This document shows, one piece after another, positions 61,044-64,000 of a stretch of DNA of 64,000 nucleotides. Source of the stretch: an uncultured Chloroflexia bacterium (lineage in GTDB: Bacteria > Chloroflexota > Limnocylindria > Limnocylindrales > CSP1-4). The DNA lies in NCBI GenBank assembly GCA_963748625.1, contig CAVVJT010000004.1, positions 448,001 through 512,000 of the forward strand, given 5' to 3'. The position numbers and the translations under genes are program-made. Each line of letters opens with the position of its first letter. Within the stretch, counting starts at the first letter, position 1. The notes under the pieces were generated by a model that was not told the origin of the DNA, did no database searches, and was given only the letters and a program-made list of their open reading frames with translations.

Positions 61044-62000
61044 TCAGGTGGCCCGGATGGCCTCCAGGACGGGTGCGAACCGCTCCAGCATGGATGACGT
61101 GAGCGCCGGAAGCCTGCTCGGGTCATCGGGGGCGCCCACGTGAAACGTCATGTGGCGGAGACCCGCCGCAGCGAACCCGTGCACCGTGGCGGCGACCTCC
61201 TCGGGGCTGCCGCCGAGACAGCCCGGCCGCTCGACGGCGGTCCCATCGGGTTCGAGGGTCACCCTCCCCCACCCCGTGAGCACCAGCGTCGCCGGGTCGC
61301 GCCCGGCGGACTCGCAGGCGCGGCGGGCGATGTCGGCCAGGCGGGCCATGTCCTCGGGGCCGGTGAGCGCCAGGTTGACGTTGATCGCGTCACCGAAGGC
61401 CGCCGCGATACGCGCCGTCCGATCGCCCAGGCCCGCGACCCAGACCGGCGGACCGTCGGGCCGCGGGCCGCGCGGGATGATCTCGGCATCGTCGGTGTGG
61501 TAATGCTCGCCCTCGAAGGTGACCGATCGCTCGCGGAGCATGCGCACCACGATCTCCACCGCTTCGGCGTAGCGGGCGATCGGGCGGTCCGCCGGGTAGC
61601 CGAAGGTGCGCCACGAGGGGTCGCGCTCGGGCACTCCCGAGCCGAGGCCCAGCACCAGCCGTCCACCGCTGACCTCGTCGAGCGTCATCGCCATCTTGGC
61701 CAGGAGCGCCGGGTTCCGGAAGCCCGTGCAGGCGATGTACGGCCCGATGCCGATGGTTGTGGTGGCTTCGGCGGCCGCGGTCAGGACCGTCCAGCACTCC
61801 CAGAAGCCGATCCGCTCACCGTCGGGCAGCTCCCGGCGCAGGTGGTCGGGCGCCCAGAGCGTGTCGATGCCCATCGCCTCCGCCTCGCGCGCGAGGGCGC
61901 GCATCTGCGGCCAGGTCGCATACGTGCGGTCCCGGAGCGGCCAGGTGGGCAGGTTGAGGCCGATCTGGAGGGGCGGGGCGGGGTCGTCGGCTCCGTTCAT
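61044..62000 (-). CDS. LLM-class flavin-dependent oxidoreductase
   Basis: LWAPDH, FRNPALLAKMAMTLDEVSGGRLVLGLGSG, PPVWVAG. Confidence 0.9.
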   Translation of the reverse strand: MNGADDPAPPLQIGLNLPTWPLRDRTYATWPQMRALAREAEAMGIDTLWAPDHLRRELPDGERIGFWECWTVLTAAAEATTTIGIGPYIACTGFRNPALLAKMAMTLDEVSGGRLVLGLGSGVPERDPSWRTFGYPADRPIARYAEAVEIVVRMLRERSVTFEGEHYHTDDAEIIPRGPRPDGPPVWVAGLGDRTARIAAAFGDAINVNLALTGPEDMARLADIARRACESAGRDPATLVLTGWGRVTLEPDGTAVERPGCLGGSPEEVAATVHGFAAAGLRHMTFHVGAPDDPSRLPALTSSMLERFAPVLEAIRAT

Positions 62001-62055
62001 GCGTGGATGATGGCACGCGGCGACCGGATTCCATCCCTGCGCAGCCGATCTCGCG

Positions 62056-62637
62056 TCACGCGCCCCCACCATCGCCCGCGCCGGTGTCGACGGGCGCATC
62101 CGCTACGTCTCCCGCGCGCGGCACCCCCCACGCGGCGAACCCGACGCGGAAGACCGCCATGAGCAGGAGCAGCGCCGCAAGCACCAGGAAGAGCGCAGCA
62201 GCAAGGAAGTAGAGTGCCGCCTCCTGCTCCGGGAGCACGCCGAGGATCACGAGCCCCAGTGCCACCGTCGCAGGGATCCAGCTGACGACCCCGCCGGCCA
62301 GCTCGCCCTTCCAGCGCCGCCGGATCGGCGCCTCGGCGATGAACGCCCGCCGCTCCCGCGATACCCGCGTGACCACCTCGTCACCGGCGTAGAACACCAG
62401 CAGGGCGATCACGCTGCAGACAAGCCAGAACACGTGGCCGGTGATGCCGAAGAGGCTGACGACGACGGGCGCGAGCGAGATGATCATCACGGCAATCGCG
62501 ACCCAGACGACCATCCCGATCATCAAGAGGTCGTACATGTCGCTCGGGCCGCTGCTCCGCAGGGCGATGAGGGCACCGAACCCGACGAACACGCCGGCGA
62601 TCTCGGCCAGCGAGAGGAACAGCTCCGTGTCCGGCAT
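62056..62637 (-). CDS. Membrane protein, unknown function
   Basis: LSLAEIAGVFVGFGALI N-terminus, about 5 TMs, GGAGG RBS. Confidence 0.7.
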   Translation of the reverse strand: MPDTELFLSLAEIAGVFVGFGALIALRSSGPSDMYDLLMIGMVVWVAIAVMIISLAPVVVSLFGITGHVFWLVCSVIALLVFYAGDEVVTRVSRERRAFIAEAPIRRRWKGELAGGVVSWIPATVALGLVILGVLPEQEAALYFLAAALFLVLAALLLLMAVFRVGFAAWGVPRAGDVADAPVDTGAGDGGGA

Positions 62638-62809
62638 GTCCTGTGACCTCCGCGCGAGGCAGGCAGCAAGACGGGGCGCAGCCCGCTCGGTCGGTCCGGC
62701 GCGCCGGGTCCCGCCGCCCGTCAGCGTGCGCGTACCCACCTGCACGCGCCAGATGCAGACGGCCCGGTGTCGCGCGGGACCGCGCCACCCCGCATGTGAT
62801 CGGTGGGGA

Positions 62810-63625
62810 TCAGGTGGGCGCGGCAAGGTCCCGGCGCGGGAAGCGCCACAGCCCATAGACCGTGGCCACCGCCAGGATCGCGACCAGGACCATCGAGTCG
62901 CGTAGGTCGCCCCGCCCGCCGAGGATCTCGATCGGCTGCAGGTAGTGGAACGGCGACCAGGGCTGGAGGAAGGCGGCATCGGGCCACATCGTGCCCAGCA
63001 CGTCGAACAGGTAGCCCGCCAGGAGCACGGCCAGCCCGATGCCGAGCGGTGCGCTCACCCGGTCGAACGACGCCGACGCGGCCAAGGTCACGCCACCGAG
63101 CGCCCCGAGGAGCGCGACCGTGTTGAGCGCCAGCAGCGGCAGCCGGCCCAGGTCGAGATCGGCGGTCACGCCGTACGCGGCGGCGCCCAGGAGGGTCCCG
63201 GCAGTCGCCGCAAGCGTGGTGACCAGCGCGAATCCCAGCACCGAGACGAGCATCGAGAGGTAGAGGGCGCGGCGCGAGACCGGCCGCGAGAGCAGGACCT
63301 CGAGCGTGCCCCGCTGCCGCTCGCCGGCGATCGCCAATGCCCCGAACCCGATCGGCAGCAGGACCTGGAGGCCGATCCCGATGGGGTGGATCCACCCGAG
63401 CGACACGGCGCCGCCGAGGCTGAACGGGTCCGCCCCGAGAAGGCTGAGGAACTGCTTGGGGATGATCTCGGCGTCCAGAAGCGCGGCCATCTGGCGCCCG
63501 AAGGTGGCGAACACCACCGGCATCAGGAAGGCCCAGACGACGAGGGCGAGGCTCACGATCGCGAGCCGGGAGCGCTGGGCGCGCCAGGTCCGGCGCAGCA
63601 GCGGGGTGCTGATGAGCGGGCTCAC
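62810..63625 (-). CDS. ABC-2 permease
   Basis: IAGERQRGTLEVLLSRPVSR, WSPFHY, FPRRDL. Confidence 0.88.
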   Translation of the reverse strand: MSPLISTPLLRRTWRAQRSRLAIVSLALVVWAFLMPVVFATFGRQMAALLDAEIIPKQFLSLLGADPFSLGGAVSLGWIHPIGIGLQVLLPIGFGALAIAGERQRGTLEVLLSRPVSRRALYLSMLVSVLGFALVTTLAATAGTLLGAAAYGVTADLDLGRLPLLALNTVALLGALGGVTLAASASFDRVSAPLGIGLAVLLAGYLFDVLGTMWPDAAFLQPWSPFHYLQPIEILGGRGDLRDSMVLVAILAVATVYGLWRFPRRDLAAPT

Positions 63626-64000
63626 GACGCGGACCTGCCTGAAGCAGCGAGGGCTCCAGCTTCAGCATCAGCGTCGGCCTCGGCGGCGGCCTCGCCCTGG
63701 TACAGCTCCAGGAACGCATCCTCCAGGCGCGTGGGCTCGATGACCAGGTCCAGCACCTCGGCTCCTGCGATCGCCGCCAGGAACGGGCGCGGATCGCCCT
63801 CCAGCTCGCACTCGAGGCGCCCGGCGACAGCAACCACGCCGGTCACGCCCGCCACGCCGTCGAGCGCGGGAGCCTCGCCGCCCAGCCGCATCACCACCCG
63901 ACGCCGTCGACGTTCCAGCAGCGCGCCGACGTCGTCCACCTCGACCAGGCGCCCGGCGCGCACGATCGCCACGCGGTCGCACACCCGCTCCACCTCGGAC
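63622..64000 (-). CDS. ABC transporter ATP-binding protein, 3' part (5' end outside window)
   Basis: SEVERVCDRVAIVRAGRLV..LEDAFLELY. Confidence 0.85.
   Translation of the reverse strand, partial: SEVERVCDRVAIVRAGRLVEVDDVGALLERRRRRVVMRLGGEAPALDGVAGVTGVVAVAGRLECELEGDPRPFLAAIAGAEVLDLVIEPTRLEDAFLELYQGEAAAEADADAEAGALAASGRSAS

Overview
Very GC-rich bacterial chromosomal segment. The gene style suggests Chloroflexota, possibly Limnocylindria-like, but this is inference only. It holds about 55 CDS, mostly housekeeping or accessory metabolic genes: an aldehyde dehydrogenase, a GT1 glycosyltransferase, three ABC systems, a TPP-riboswitch-controlled thiY/thiX pair, an OmpR/PhoP-type two-component system, metY-metX, ilvA, glnS, an anaerobic PFOR/ADP-forming acyl-CoA synthetase module, an LCP protein, an LLM oxidoreductase and several zinc-ribbon proteins. 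There is one tRNA-Gln(CTG); I saw no integrase, transposase or CRISPR array. The most striking unexplained signal is a second, non-canonical tRNA-Gln(CUG)-shaped cloverleaf (25841-25912) in the 5' leader of glnS. It is followed by alternative pairings that could hide the glnS ribosome-binding site, making it a candidate tRNA-mimic autoregulatory operator. Other candidates are a leaderless Thr/Met-codon leader peptide plus terminator upstream of metY-metX, three dispersed 109-nt REPIN-like elements, a RelE-like protein plus DUF4011 helicase-nuclease pair (possible defence system), a YbjN plus ClpN-AAA-IGF pair, a structured leader upstream of an NlpC/P60 gene, and a membrane protein with a ZU5-like HFS motif and a papain-like triad. 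Four genes carry single extra-base frameshifts that are probably assembly errors. All family calls come from motif recognition by eye; no database search was run.
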